Source of the DNA: an uncultured virus (IMG/VR IMGVR_UViG_3300020046_010987)
Taxonomy: Duplodnaviria > Heunggongvirae > Uroviricota > Caudoviricetes
Length of the DNA: 64,000 bases
Direction: 5' to 3' (one strand)
Virus record (IMG/VR): IMGVR_UViG_3300020046_010987
The position numbers and the translations under genes were made by a program. The notes below the pieces were generated by a model, which did not search any database, had not been told where the DNA came from, and worked only from the letters and a program-made list of their open reading frames with translations. Below are positions 29,970-39,627 of this stretch, in pieces. Numbering within the stretch: position 1 is the first letter of the stretch; the number at the start of each line of letters is the position of its first letter.

Positions 29970-31442
29970 CTATCCGCCGACGCCGGCGCGCAGACTCTTG
30001 ATGCGCGCGATGAGCGGCTTGATCGTGGACGAGAAGGGAACGACGACCGGGCCCGTGGGCGCCGTGGGGTGCGGGTGCACGTGCGAGTCGAGCAGACGGA
30101 GGAGAACGCCTAGCATCTGCTCGAGCTCTTCGAACTTCGCGAGATGGCTGGCGAGAGTGCTGCCGCCGATGATCACGCTGTCGGGCGCAGCCGTGTTGAT
30201 GATGACCTTGCGGAAGGTTCCCTTCATGGTCCCGAGCGAAGAGGTGAGCTCGACGTTGCCTCCCAGGCGTGAGTCGAACTTCAGGCCGCCCTTCTGCGTG
30301 TTGATCTTGATGCCAGGGTTCGGTGTCGTGGGTTGTCCGAGCGAGAGCTCGACGTCGCCGCCGCGCACCTCTGCGCGAACGGCCGGCGTGGTGGGGGACG
30401 TGGGGTCGCCTCCGACGACAGCGCTGACATTTCGGGCGACGGTGACTCCGAGATCGCGCCCGGTGACGGTGACGACGTCGCTGCTGGTCGTGACGCTACG
30501 CACGCCGTCAACGGAGCTCGTGAGGTCCCCCGAGACTTCCTCGGTGGAGCTCCCCTTCGTCGTTTCGGTGCGGTTGCCCTGGACGGTATCCCGCGTGTCT
30601 CCGCCTGCTTCGCTGACGGCTTCTTCGCCGTTCTGCGCGCCGGACTGGATGATCACACCGTCCAGGCCGAAGAGCTCGCAGCGGCCGTTGCTGTCGACGT
30701 GGAGCTTGAAGAGCGTTGCACCCTGGGGCGTCGTGAGCTCGAAGTTGAAGAGATCTCCTGCGGCGCCGAGGTCCATGCGAATGGTCCAGTGCTCTTCGTC
30801 GGCGCCCGCCTCGTTCGTCTGGTCGGACGCGCCCCGGAACTTCATGCTGACGCGGCCGCCGTCGTTCTTGACCTCGAAGAAGCCCATGTCGGTGATGTGG
30901 CGGTAGTTCCGGCTCACCATCTCGATGAGGTCGTTCAGGGCGTGTGCTCGGATCTGAGCGCCACCAGAAGCTCGGAGCAGCGCTACGCCGCCCGCTAGGG
31001 CGCCGACCCGCACACCTGACATGTTTCCGAGCAGGTGGTCGCCTCCGAGCAGGTCGTTCGGTTCGTGTGGCGCGCGGTGGTTGCCGAGATCGTAGGTGTC
31101 CGCAGGGTTCAAAGGCGGCGCAGACTCCGTGGCGGGGATGCCTGGCGTCGTCGAGAGCGTCGCCGGCTGATCGAGCACGCCGTCGATGTACGGCATGCCG
31201 ATGTCGTACCGCACGATGACCGTGGTTCCGACCGGGAGCAGCGCGAGGTCGGACGGCGACATGCGTTTGCGGGGCACGCCCGGCAGTGCACGGCCAGACA
31301 TCGTGCGCACCGAGTACGTATACGTATTCGGCGCCACGGCGCTGATGGTTCCGAACTCGGGAGGGCCGTAGACCTGGCCCATGCCGCCGAACTTCGTCCG
31401 GCCTTGGGTCGTGGTCGCTGTCGTCGGGGTATGGTCAGGCAT
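29970..31442 (-). CDS. Baseplate central spike (gp5/gpV/VgrG-like)
   Basis: N-terminal OB-fold-like region (LLPVGTTVIV...PYIDG), octapeptide beta-helix repeats (TVQGNRTETTKGSSTEEVSGD), C-terminal HVH apex motif. Confidence 0.7.
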   Translation of the reverse strand: MPDHTPTTATTTQGRTKFGGMGQVYGPPEFGTISAVAPNTYTYSVRTMSGRALPGVPRKRMSPSDLALLPVGTTVIVRYDIGMPYIDGVLDQPATLSTTPGIPATESAPPLNPADTYDLGNHRAPHEPNDLLGGDHLLGNMSGVRVGALAGGVALLRASGGAQIRAHALNDLIEMVSRNYRHITDMGFFEVKNDGGRVSMKFRGASDQTNEAGADEEHWTIRMDLGAAGDLFNFELTTPQGATLFKLHVDSNGRCELFGLDGVIIQSGAQNGEEAVSEAGGDTRDTVQGNRTETTKGSSTEEVSGDLTSSVDGVRSVTTSSDVVTVTGRDLGVTVARNVSAVVGGDPTSPTTPAVRAEVRGGDVELSLGQPTTPNPGIKINTQKGGLKFDSRLGGNVELTSSLGTMKGTFRKVIINTAAPDSVIIGGSTLASHLAKFEELEQMLGVLLRLLDSHVHPHPTAPTGPVVVPFSSTIKPLIARIKSLRAGVGG

Positions 31443-31443
31443 G

Positions 31444-31471
31444 CGAAAAGTCTAGCCGATGCGGGTAAAAG
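31444..31471 (+). promoter_or_regulatory. Bipartite motif CGAAAA-N14-GGTAAAAG overlapping the divergent -10 (TAGACT, 31449-31454, minus strand)
   Basis: Direct reading. Confidence 0.6.
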
Positions 31472-31494
31472 AAGGGGTCTTCTCTGGAGGAACT

Positions 31495-31952
31495 ATGACA
31501 GAAGAACATGCAGACACCGACCCCGCGCGTCGCCGTCGGGCGAACTGGATTGTCGGAGCCATTTACCTCGGCCTCGCCGTCAGCATCGCGCTTTCGATCC
31601 ACGCGGGGCACAAGGCACGCCGTCTTCACGAGCGCGCCGACGTGCTCGAGCAGCGTGTCACCCGGGAGCTCATTCGCCGCCAGCAGGTGCTCCTCATGGA
31701 GAATCGCCTGTTGCGTGAGGACCTCGCGGCTTGCCGTCGCCCTCTTTCTCCTTCCACCCCCTGAAAGAAACCACCATGCAATACGTTCACGGAACCTGCG
31801 GCCGCTGCGGCGGCGCCGTCACCACACCCAAGATCTGGATGGGCGTCTTGCCCGCGATCCCCCAGTGCCAGCGCTGCCACGCGTACGTCGCGCCGGCATA
31901 CGGCCCCACGTTGCCGATGGCCGAGCCGGCGCGGGGACAGAAGCGCCGGTGA
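31495..31952 (+). other. Two small + strand CDS (31495-31764 TM plus coiled coil; 31776-31952 zinc ribbon)
   Basis: GGAGG and GAAAG RBS; CGRCG...CQRC. Confidence 0.6.
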
Positions 31953-31963
31953 AGGGCTAAACG

Positions 31964-31995
31964 AAAAGAGGCCCCGTGAGGAGCCCCTTTTCTTT
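31964..31995. terminator. Bidirectional terminator
   Basis: GAAAAGAGGC...GCCCCTTTTC imperfect stem between convergent genes. Confidence 0.6.
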
Positions 31996-32010
31996 AGGTT
32001 CGAGCCCCGG

Positions 32011-32763
32011 TCAGACGGTGCTGGTGACCGCGCCGTTCGCCATGTTCTCGGTGGCGACGTTGTCGTTGGTCGGGTCGATGAGGCCGAGTGCCGCGTCGAC
32101 CGTGGCGCGCGGGACGTTGCCCTGCGCGACGTCGTCGGCGGTGAACGGCATGAGGCGGTCGAACATGAAGCTGACCGACTCCGCGATCATCGTCGCACCG
32201 GCGTTGTAGCCGATCTGGTAGCTGTTGATCATCGTGAGCTCGGCGTAGAAGCCGCCGAGCGAGTCGTGCATCTTGCTGCGGAACAGCGACGCGAGACCGA
32301 ACGGCACGAGGTAGAGCTCGGAATCGAGGTTCGTGAGGAAGCCCGAGTTGACGCTCTTCGCCGCGATGTCGTCGAAGTTGTCCCAGCGGACGTTGACCGT
32401 CTTCGCGTTGTGGTAGAGGACGCGGAGCAGGTTGCGGCCGTTCATGAACAGACGCTGGAGCGAGCCCGAGCCCTGCGCCTTGCCGGAGACGAAGAAGCTG
32501 CGGCCCGAGCCGATCGCCATGACCGGAGTCGTCGGCTTCTGCTGCGAGATCTGGAACGCCTGCAACATGCCGATGGCCAGCAGCGAGCTCACGCTCGTCG
32601 CAGCCACGTCGTCGGCGCGTGCGATGTCGGCGCGCGGAGGACCGGCGAGCACCAGGGTGTCGTCCGGATGCGCGGCCGTGTACGCCGAGTTGTCGCCGAT
32701 ACGTTCGACGTAGGCGTCCTGAAAACGCCAGGTGGTGAGGCCCTTCGTGATTCCGATCGGCAT
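32011..32763 (-). CDS. Tail tube protein (putative)
   Basis: IGMLQAFQISQQK...AIGSGR...Y.E...I.SY...AG...I.E.V.F.FDR; downstream of the sheath gene. Confidence 0.7.
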   Translation of the reverse strand: MPIGITKGLTTWRFQDAYVERIGDNSAYTAAHPDDTLVLAGPPRADIARADDVAATSVSSLLAIGMLQAFQISQQKPTTPVMAIGSGRSFFVSGKAQGSGSLQRLFMNGRNLLRVLYHNAKTVNVRWDNFDDIAAKSVNSGFLTNLDSELYLVPFGLASLFRSKMHDSLGGFYAELTMINSYQIGYNAGATMIAESVSFMFDRLMPFTADDVAQGNVPRATVDAALGLIDPTNDNVATENMANGAVTSTV

Positions 32764-32787
32764 GGTGAGATCTCCGGGAAAAGTGTA

Positions 32788-33120
32788 TCAGACTCGGGAT
32801 GGAGGGGGAAAAGATCGCGCACGGGGGCGCAACCAGACGAGCCGGAGCCGCGAGTCTGCCGCAGCCTCCTTTTCGTGGAAAAGACATTTCGTGCCCGGCG
32901 GAATCTCTACGTGGCTATCTGTCGCAGGAAAGTGCACCCGCAAAGTTCCGCCGGCAGCCATGCGCCCGGGCAAGGTATCCAGGTCTGGACACCCGGCGAG
33001 GACCAAGGTAGAGACGACTACGGCTGCTTCTGGTCCCAACAACTGCTCAAAGAGCAGTATGGTGCCGCCGCTAGTCACTACGTCGTGATCAAGGAGCTCC
33101 CACGTTCCTAGAGCCGTCAT
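32788..33120 (-). CDS. Hypothetical protein
   Basis: ATGA overlap with the upstream gene. Confidence 0.4.
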   Translation of the reverse strand: MTALGTWELLDHDVVTSGGTILLFEQLLGPEAAVVVSTLVLAGCPDLDTLPGRMAAGGTLRVHFPATDSHVEIPPGTKCLFHEKEAAADSRLRLVWLRPRARSFPPPSRV

Positions 33121-34106
33121 ACAGGACCTCCCGGAGCGCCCTGCTTCGGCAGGACGGCTTTGAGCGTGTCGAGGTCGATTTCCTTGAGCGCCTTCTGCTC
33201 CGGCGACTCGGGCTCTGGCGACAGGGCGTTGAGCCCGCCGTAGGTCAGGCCGCCTGCGACGATGCTGGCGAGGCCCGGCAAGATCCGCTTGCGCAGGTGG
33301 CCCTTGGCGGGCATCCGGCGCGCCCAGTCACCGCCCATGGCGATGCGCGGGTCGGCGTGGCGTTCGAGGAGCTCCTCGGCGCCCACCCGCCCCGCAAGCG
33401 CTCCGAGAGGCGCCGCAAGCGCCGCAGGGTGCAGCCGCGCCGAGAAGGACAGCGGGCCGTCCGTCTCTTCGGCCGCGACCTTCGCGGGGCCTGGGGGTTC
33501 TGCAGGAGCGCCGCCGAGGGTCTCGGGGAGCGCGCCCATGAGCTTGTGGCCGAGGTACATGTCCGCGGCCACAGTAGCGGGAGCTGCAAGCGTTTCGAAT
33601 GCAGCCCCTCCGCGACCCGCAGGCCCTCCGAAGGCCATGTCGGGCATGCCGCGAAGCCAGCCTCGGTTCAGCGCCTCGGTCGCTGCTGCGCGGCGTGCAC
33701 CCATGTCCGCCCCGGGCGCCAGCGCCGTGAGAGCGTGGTGCCGCAGTCCTCGAGCTCCGGTGAATACGGCACCGCTCAGAGCGCCGCCGAGCGCGCCGCT
33801 CGCCGCGCCTCCGAGGGCTCCCTTGAGCGCACCTTCGCCGCGATGCCCCTCTTCGGCGCTGAGCGCCCCGAGAGCGCCACCCGCGAGCGCGCCGATGCCG
33901 CCGCCCATGCGGGCCTGGTTCAGCATCTCCGACTTCAGCTGGGGCACGCCTCCGACGCCTGACAGCGCGCGGCGCCCCATGCGCGCGCCCGTGGTCACGC
34001 CCTGGCGCACCATACCGAGAGCTTGCGGCGAGAACCGCCGGAGGGCTGCGAGCCCGCCAGCGATGAACGCCGTCTTCTCTCCGTCGGTGCGCCCGCCGTC
34101 CGGCAT
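33117..34106 (-). CDS. Glycine-zipper putative internal head/ejection protein
   Basis: EKTA, GGLAALRRF, repeated GGxxGAxxGG helices. Confidence 0.6.
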   Translation of the reverse strand: MPDGGRTDGEKTAFIAGGLAALRRFSPQALGMVRQGVTTGARMGRRALSGVGGVPQLKSEMLNQARMGGGIGALAGGALGALSAEEGHRGEGALKGALGGAASGALGGALSGAVFTGARGLRHHALTALAPGADMGARRAAATEALNRGWLRGMPDMAFGGPAGRGGAAFETLAAPATVAADMYLGHKLMGALPETLGGAPAEPPGPAKVAAEETDGPLSFSARLHPAALAAPLGALAGRVGAEELLERHADPRIAMGGDWARRMPAKGHLRKRILPGLASIVAGGLTYGGLNALSPEPESPEQKALKEIDLDTLKAVLPKQGAPGGPV

Positions 34107-36823
34107 CAGCCCACCAGGTGCAGACCGATGACGTTCAACGGCACCGGGCGGTTGACCGTCATGTAGAGCTCGACACGGGCGGGCGAGGCGTCGCTCACGT
34201 CGAGCGAGGTGATGAGCGCGTCGATGAGCGGAGCTCCGATGCGGGCCACCTTGCGCAGCTTGAGCTGGTCGATGCCCGAGTTGACCGCCTGGCGCATGAA
34301 GCCGAGGGTCTCTTCGTTCACGTTCCAGACGCCGATGAACGGGTCGAGGATCGCGGTGAAGAACTTCGAGAGGAAGTCGAAGTTGCGCACCATCGAGAAC
34401 TCACCGGTCTGCAGCGACGAGGGGTCCGTCGTGAGCTGGTGGATGCAGAAGGGCAGCGACTCCGGCGTGTCTTGCACGAAGACGAACCAGCCCGCATCCG
34501 AGAGCGCAGAGAGCTGCGCTTCGGTGAAGTACCCGCTCGAGTGGTAGAGCTTCCGGACGCCCGCGATGCTGATGCGAGAGAGGCCCTGATGGTTCGGCAG
34601 TCCGGCGCAGAGACCGCCGATGGCCGCCGCGAGGTACGTGCCCGCCTGCGAAGCCGCGAGCGCCGCTGAGCCGTCCGCGTTGCGCGGGAGGCTGCCGTCG
34701 ACGAGGTCGGCGACATCGACGAGATCCGGCCATGCCATGACGGCGCGCTGCGAGCGCAAGCTCTGCGAGATCGACTGGAGGTACTCGACCTGGCGCTCCT
34801 TGTTCAGGACGCGCTGGACGCGGTAGCGGATCGAGCCCTGCGTCACGAGCGTGCCCGTGCCGAGGCGATTGTCGAGATGGGGGAGCTCGTTCTCGACCGT
34901 GCCCGTGTTGTTCACGTACACGCCCGTCGCGATGTTCGCGATCTCGATGCGCTGCTCCGACAGAACCTCGTTCACGACGAAGCTCTTGTAGGTGCTTCCG
35001 AACACGCCGTTCGGGTTGCTCGGGATCTCGATGACGTCGCCCGCCTGCACGCCGTCCGTGAGGAACGTCGCGGTCGAGTCGAAGATGCGGATGAAGACCG
35101 CGTCGAGGGCTGCCGTGCTGGTGATCGAGTCGAGGCCCGGCGTGCCCGTGCTGAGCGCAGTCGCAGCGAATGCTGCCTGCACCGTGGCACCCGAGGACGT
35201 GGTGGCCGAGAGGTTCACCGAGCCGACGAACGGCGTGGTGACGCCCGCGCCCGTGGTGAGCGCGTTGACGATGCCCGTCGCGGTGACGAGGCCCGAAGCG
35301 AAGTCGCCGTTGATGACCGTCGAAACGCCGGCGACCTCGATGACCGAATGGATGCCGTTCGGGGTCGAGCCGCTCTGCACGAGTGCGATGGTGCGAGCGC
35401 CGGGGGTGATGCCCGCGACGCGCGACCGGTAGGTGACCGCGGCCGTGGTGTACGACGCGCGAGCTTCGATCTCGGCGATGGGGTTCGTGCCGAGCGACGG
35501 GCGGTAGACGCGGATGTTCGCGCCTTCCGCAGCGCCGACCGTGGCGGGGAACGCCGTGTCGGTCTCGAGGACGGACGCCGAGTTGATGTGCGCGATCGTG
35601 TAGGTGCCGTCGAGGACGCCCTCGCTCGCGGTGAGGATGAGCTGGTCACCCGGGCGCACGTTCGACGTGAGCAGGTTGACGCCTGCGCCGAGCGTGATGG
35701 TGCGCACGCCGGGCGGGATAGCGCCCGAGCGCTGCTCGGTCGTGCCCGTGACCGTCTCGTCGACGAGGAGCGTGGTGACTGGCAGCTCTTCCGAACCGAT
35801 GACAGCGCGGAACTTCTGCGGGATCCCGTCGGCGAGCGCCGTGACCGGGTCGGCGAGCGTGACGTTGTCCGTCTTGAGCATGGCGACGACAGCGACGTCC
35901 GGGATCGTGACGATCTCTGCGTAGACGCGCTTATTGCTCGAGATGACATCCTTCGCGTCGGTGTAACCGGCGAGGTCGTTCGAGGAGAGTCCGTAGAAGT
36001 AGATCGGGGCGCTGCCCGCGTTCTGGCGCGCGACCCAGAGGTGCGCCGCGAGCGGGTTGCGTGCGTCGATCTTGCCGACCTTCGTGCGGATCTCGTCGTC
36101 CGAGATGACCGAGTCGACTTCCTGCAGGTCCATGCGGTACGCCAGGTACTGCACGTAGACCTTCGCGTAGGACACGACGCGCTGGATGCCGCCGATGGTG
36201 ACGGTGACGCCGCCGAGGATCGTGATCTCGTTGCTCGCACGGAACACCGGCGGAACGACGAAGCTCGTGGCGATCGTGGTGTCCTGGACCGTGCGCTCGA
36301 CGCGGAATGCGAGCGAACCGACCGTGGCGAGGAAGTTCGTGGTCACGCGGAGCGTGGTCTCGCTGACCACCTCGCGAACGGTGAGCACGAGGTTCGGCGT
36401 TGCAGGCCCCGGAGGATTCGCGATGATGAGCGTGTCGCCCGCAGCGACGCCCGTGGTGACGAACGTAGCGCCTGCCGACGTGAGCAGGTTGTCGTTGTTC
36501 GTGACCGCGCCATCGGTGCGGCTGACGAGGATGGCGCGCAGATCGTCGAAGATGACGCCGATGCTGGTCGGAGCGACCCAAGCCCCCGCCGTGATGCCCG
36601 GAGGCGCCGCGAGCACGATGGCCGGCGTCGAGGCGACCGGGGGCGTGTAGGGGTTGTCGGCATTGAGGGTGCCGTAGTCGGCAACCTGAATGTCTTCCTT
36701 GTCGTCGAGGTAGTCGAGGATCTGGTACGCCGCGCCGAAGACGAGGGTATCAAGATCGGGGTCGCTGACCGTGGGGGTCAGCTGAGCCTGCTCTTGGAAG
36801 ACGACAGTAATCGGTCGGGTCAT
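34106..36823 (-). CDS. Contractile tail sheath protein with inserted domains (905 aa)
   Basis: C-terminal sheath motifs AAIGG...PNHQGL...YF...QL..L...G.FV.VQ...HQLTTD...E.S.VR..D...P.PLN.I. Confidence 0.8.
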   Translation of the reverse strand: MTRPITVVFQEQAQLTPTVSDPDLDTLVFGAAYQILDYLDDKEDIQVADYGTLNADNPYTPPVASTPAIVLAAPPGITAGAWVAPTSIGVIFDDLRAILVSRTDGAVTNNDNLLTSAGATFVTTGVAAGDTLIIANPPGPATPNLVLTVREVVSETTLRVTTNFLATVGSLAFRVERTVQDTTIATSFVVPPVFRASNEITILGGVTVTIGGIQRVVSYAKVYVQYLAYRMDLQEVDSVISDDEIRTKVGKIDARNPLAAHLWVARQNAGSAPIYFYGLSSNDLAGYTDAKDVISSNKRVYAEIVTIPDVAVVAMLKTDNVTLADPVTALADGIPQKFRAVIGSEELPVTTLLVDETVTGTTEQRSGAIPPGVRTITLGAGVNLLTSNVRPGDQLILTASEGVLDGTYTIAHINSASVLETDTAFPATVGAAEGANIRVYRPSLGTNPIAEIEARASYTTAAVTYRSRVAGITPGARTIALVQSGSTPNGIHSVIEVAGVSTVINGDFASGLVTATGIVNALTTGAGVTTPFVGSVNLSATTSSGATVQAAFAATALSTGTPGLDSITSTAALDAVFIRIFDSTATFLTDGVQAGDVIEIPSNPNGVFGSTYKSFVVNEVLSEQRIEIANIATGVYVNNTGTVENELPHLDNRLGTGTLVTQGSIRYRVQRVLNKERQVEYLQSISQSLRSQRAVMAWPDLVDVADLVDGSLPRNADGSAALAASQAGTYLAAAIGGLCAGLPNHQGLSRISIAGVRKLYHSSGYFTEAQLSALSDAGWFVFVQDTPESLPFCIHQLTTDPSSLQTGEFSMVRNFDFLSKFFTAILDPFIGVWNVNEETLGFMRQAVNSGIDQLKLRKVARIGAPLIDALITSLDVSDASPARVELYMTVNRPVPLNVIGLHLVG

Positions 36824-36847
36824 CGTTCGGTCTCCGAAGTGGGGCGC

Positions 36848-37855
36848 TCAGCGGGCCACGTAGCCATCGAGAAGGAGCAGATCGTCGGGTTCGGGTGGAA
36901 TGGCGAACTCGACCGTCTGCGGAGAGGTGACCGTGTAGGCCGAGGGGTCTACCCGGATGCCGTTACGATACACGATTTCTGAGATCGTGTCGGTATGGAT
37001 GAAGGGAATCTGCGTGGAGAAGACGCGGTTGACGGTGTCGCGCACGCCTAAAAGTCGCTGATTCGGCAGGAAAAAAGCGCTCGCCGGGAACGTGACAGCT
37101 CCGGGAACAGGCGCTTCAGGGGGCGGCACATACGGAGCGCTCGAGTAGGGTCCGGACAGCGGTTCGGGCGGGTCGATCGGCCAGGTCCGGCCGTAGGACT
37201 GTGCGGCGCTGTCAGCGAAGGCCTCTGCCGCGTCCATTCCCGTGCGGCTGTCGATGACGCGAACCCCCACGCTCTGCAGCAGGGGCCGGATCTTTACGGT
37301 CGACCACTGCGTGTGGTAGCTGACCTCGAAGGACACGGGCGTGCTGAACTTGCCCTGCTCCTGCTCGAACGGCGCGGACTGCCCCATCGACGCGTGCGTC
37401 ATGTTCTGCAGCCCGAACATCCCCGTCAAGATCTGACGGCTGGCGATGAAGAAGTGCTGCACGATGTCAGCGAGCTGCACGCTCGCACCCTGGTCGTTGG
37501 CGACGCAGTCGACGCTGTAGCTCGAGGTCATCAGCCCTGTGAAGAACTCCTTGTGGTCCGGGAGATTCACATCGGTGCGGTCGCCGACGAGGAGCTGTTG
37601 CGGCGTCGTGTTGAGCCGGGTGACGTAGATGGCGATGCTCGCGTTGCGCTGCTCGACGGCGTCGTTGTACGACGTTTCGATGAGGATCGTGCCGACGGAA
37701 GGGTCCGGATCCCAGAACCACAGCAGGTTCTGGTCCTGACGGAACCGCTCTCGCAGGGTCTCGAGCAGAATGCCTGTCACCGCGAGTGGCGACGCAGCTG
37801 CGATTCTCGTCGGGTTCTGCGGCCCGTGCGGGCGTGTGGGCGGATACGCGGGCAC
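36848..37855 (-). CDS. Tail completion/terminator-like neck protein
   Basis: Position upstream of the sheath gene; alpha/beta pattern (VDCVA..QG.S..LAD.V). Confidence 0.55.
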   Translation of the reverse strand: MPAYPPTRPHGPQNPTRIAAASPLAVTGILLETLRERFRQDQNLLWFWDPDPSVGTILIETSYNDAVEQRNASIAIYVTRLNTTPQQLLVGDRTDVNLPDHKEFFTGLMTSSYSVDCVANDQGASVQLADIVQHFFIASRQILTGMFGLQNMTHASMGQSAPFEQEQGKFSTPVSFEVSYHTQWSTVKIRPLLQSVGVRVIDSRTGMDAAEAFADSAAQSYGRTWPIDPPEPLSGPYSSAPYVPPPEAPVPGAVTFPASAFFLPNQRLLGVRDTVNRVFSTQIPFIHTDTISEIVYRNGIRVDPSAYTVTSPQTVEFAIPPEPDDLLLLDGYVAR

Positions 37856-37873
37856 GGGAGCAGGCTAGCACGG

Positions 37874-38701
37874 TCAGTAGAGCGCCGGGGAGGTTCGCGG
37901 TTGGAGCACGATCTTGTACTCGACGCTGTCCCGCGCAAGCTCGCTCATGACGAGACGCTGATGAACGGGGACGCCGCGGAGCTCGGTGCGCGCGACGTGC
38001 TTGACCAGGTATCGGCGTCCCTGCCGGACCTCGACGATGATGTCGTCGACTTCGACCGCGGGGTAGTCGAGGACCGTGAGCTCCACCTGGTTCACTTCGG
38101 TTTTTCCCTGCGGCGCGAGCGTGGTCGTGACGTTGGTCACACCCTTGCGGGCAGAGACGTAGACCGGCGCGTAGTAGCCGGTGATGTAGCCCGTGCCGAG
38201 GCAGGTCTTGCAGCGGCTATCCAGGATGGACTTGCTGATCGGGTCGAAGCACGCCGTGCAGCGCGTTCCTGCATGCTTCCGCTTCAAGATGGCGAAGGGG
38301 ATGCTGTTGAACTTGAAGCCGATCGTGATGTCCCGAAGGATCTTGCGCTTCAAGAGCCACTGCCGCCGCGCGAGCTCGTCGCCAAGGATCTTGGTGTCGG
38401 AGAACGTAGCCTTGCCCGGCGCGGTTGCTGTCACGCGGTAGTAGTTCTTGCGCTGCAGGGACAAGAAGTTGCGAGCTTCTTCCTCGAGCGTCGACGAGAT
38501 CTCATGGGGGTCGAATGCGTGGAAGTCCGTGGTAGCGGACACGAGGATTTCGAAGGGACCTTCGTAGCTCTCCGAGCGCTCGACGCGGAATGTGTAGTCG
38601 GTCTCCGGGTCGTTCACGTGCCACTGCACAAACACCCCGCCCACCGAGAGCGTGTGGTAGATGGGCGTGGTACGGGTAATGGTGAGCGACGGCGCAGGCA
38701 T
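37874..38701 (-). CDS. Head-tail connector/neck protein with a Zn finger
   Basis: KRK..G.RC..C.D...C..C.GTG...GYY.P; DIIVE...RY.V..V. Confidence 0.6.
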   Translation of the reverse strand: MPAPSLTITRTTPIYHTLSVGGVFVQWHVNDPETDYTFRVERSESYEGPFEILVSATTDFHAFDPHEISSTLEEEARNFLSLQRKNYYRVTATAPGKATFSDTKILGDELARRQWLLKRKILRDITIGFKFNSIPFAILKRKHAGTRCTACFDPISKSILDSRCKTCLGTGYITGYYAPVYVSARKGVTNVTTTLAPQGKTEVNQVELTVLDYPAVEVDDIIVEVRQGRRYLVKHVARTELRGVPVHQRLVMSELARDSVEYKIVLQPRTSPALY

Positions 38702-38739
38702 GTCTCTACCCTACCACTCTTTTTCTCGAGGGAAGAAGC

Positions 38740-39627
38740 TCAGGGTCCGAGGTTGCCGGCCTCGGTGGAGGGCTCAGGCGTGCTCGCGTTACCTTGTGGG
38801 ACCTCGAGCGCGTTGAAACTGCGATCGATGCGATCCTGCTTGTCGAGCGGCTCTCCGATGATCCAGCGCGTGAGACCTGGCGTCGGCAGCCCGCGGTCCT
38901 TCGTGTCGTCCGTGACAGGCGTCGGCTCGGAGAAGCCTTCGATGGTCGGCTGCAGCCCGTCGTCGGTGAACGCGACTTTCTTCCGTTCGCCCTCCCCCGT
39001 GGCTAGGGCGTTCTCCTTGAACTTCTCGAAGGTGAGTGCCCGGAGCGACCGGAAGAACTTGGGGTTGTCGTAGTGCGCGGAGAAGGCCTTGCGCGCGTCG
39101 GCTTCGCTGTCGAAGCCGAGGAAGCACTTTTCTTCATCGGCCTTGTCGAACTCGGGAGCTTTGTTCGTGAGGACGACGTAGACGTGAGTTGCACTTTCGT
39201 TCGGTCCCACAAAGACATCGACGTGATCTCCATCCATGCCCACCGTCTTACGGATGTATCCGTAGGGGTAGAGCATCGTAGTCGTGCCGTGCTTGTCCGC
39301 GTGAGGATCGTACCAGTGCCGCTTCGACCCCTTGCGGTTCTCGATCGAGATTTCAAGGCCGCGGAACGTCACCCGGCCGTGGAGCTTGCGCGCTGCGGAC
39401 TTGAGCTGCCCCCGAAAGCCGAACGCGCGCAGGGCCTCGAGACAGCCTGAGATCTTGCTCGGGGAGTTCTCGTAGGTGGGTTCGGGGTTGTCGATGACTT
39501 CGAGCATGCGCGTGTTCTCAAAGAAGGCGCTGCGTGCGTCTTCGACAGGGTCCGTATCACGCGTCTGTGTGCGCCCCGGAACAGCAGGGGTGCCTCGCGT
39601 CACAGGATAGGACCGCGGGGACATCAT
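38740..39627 (-). CDS. Protein with a phage inorganic-pyrophosphatase-like (InPase) domain
   Basis: GLEISIEN.KGS.R...YGYI..T.G.DGDHVDVFVGP...DE.K..LGF.S...A. Confidence 0.75.
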   Translation of the reverse strand: MMSPRSYPVTRGTPAVPGRTQTRDTDPVEDARSAFFENTRMLEVIDNPEPTYENSPSKISGCLEALRAFGFRGQLKSAARKLHGRVTFRGLEISIENRKGSKRHWYDPHADKHGTTTMLYPYGYIRKTVGMDGDHVDVFVGPNESATHVYVVLTNKAPEFDKADEEKCFLGFDSEADARKAFSAHYDNPKFFRSLRALTFEKFKENALATGEGERKKVAFTDDGLQPTIEGFSEPTPVTDDTKDRGLPTPGLTRWIIGEPLDKQDRIDRSFNALEVPQGNASTPEPSTEAGNLGP

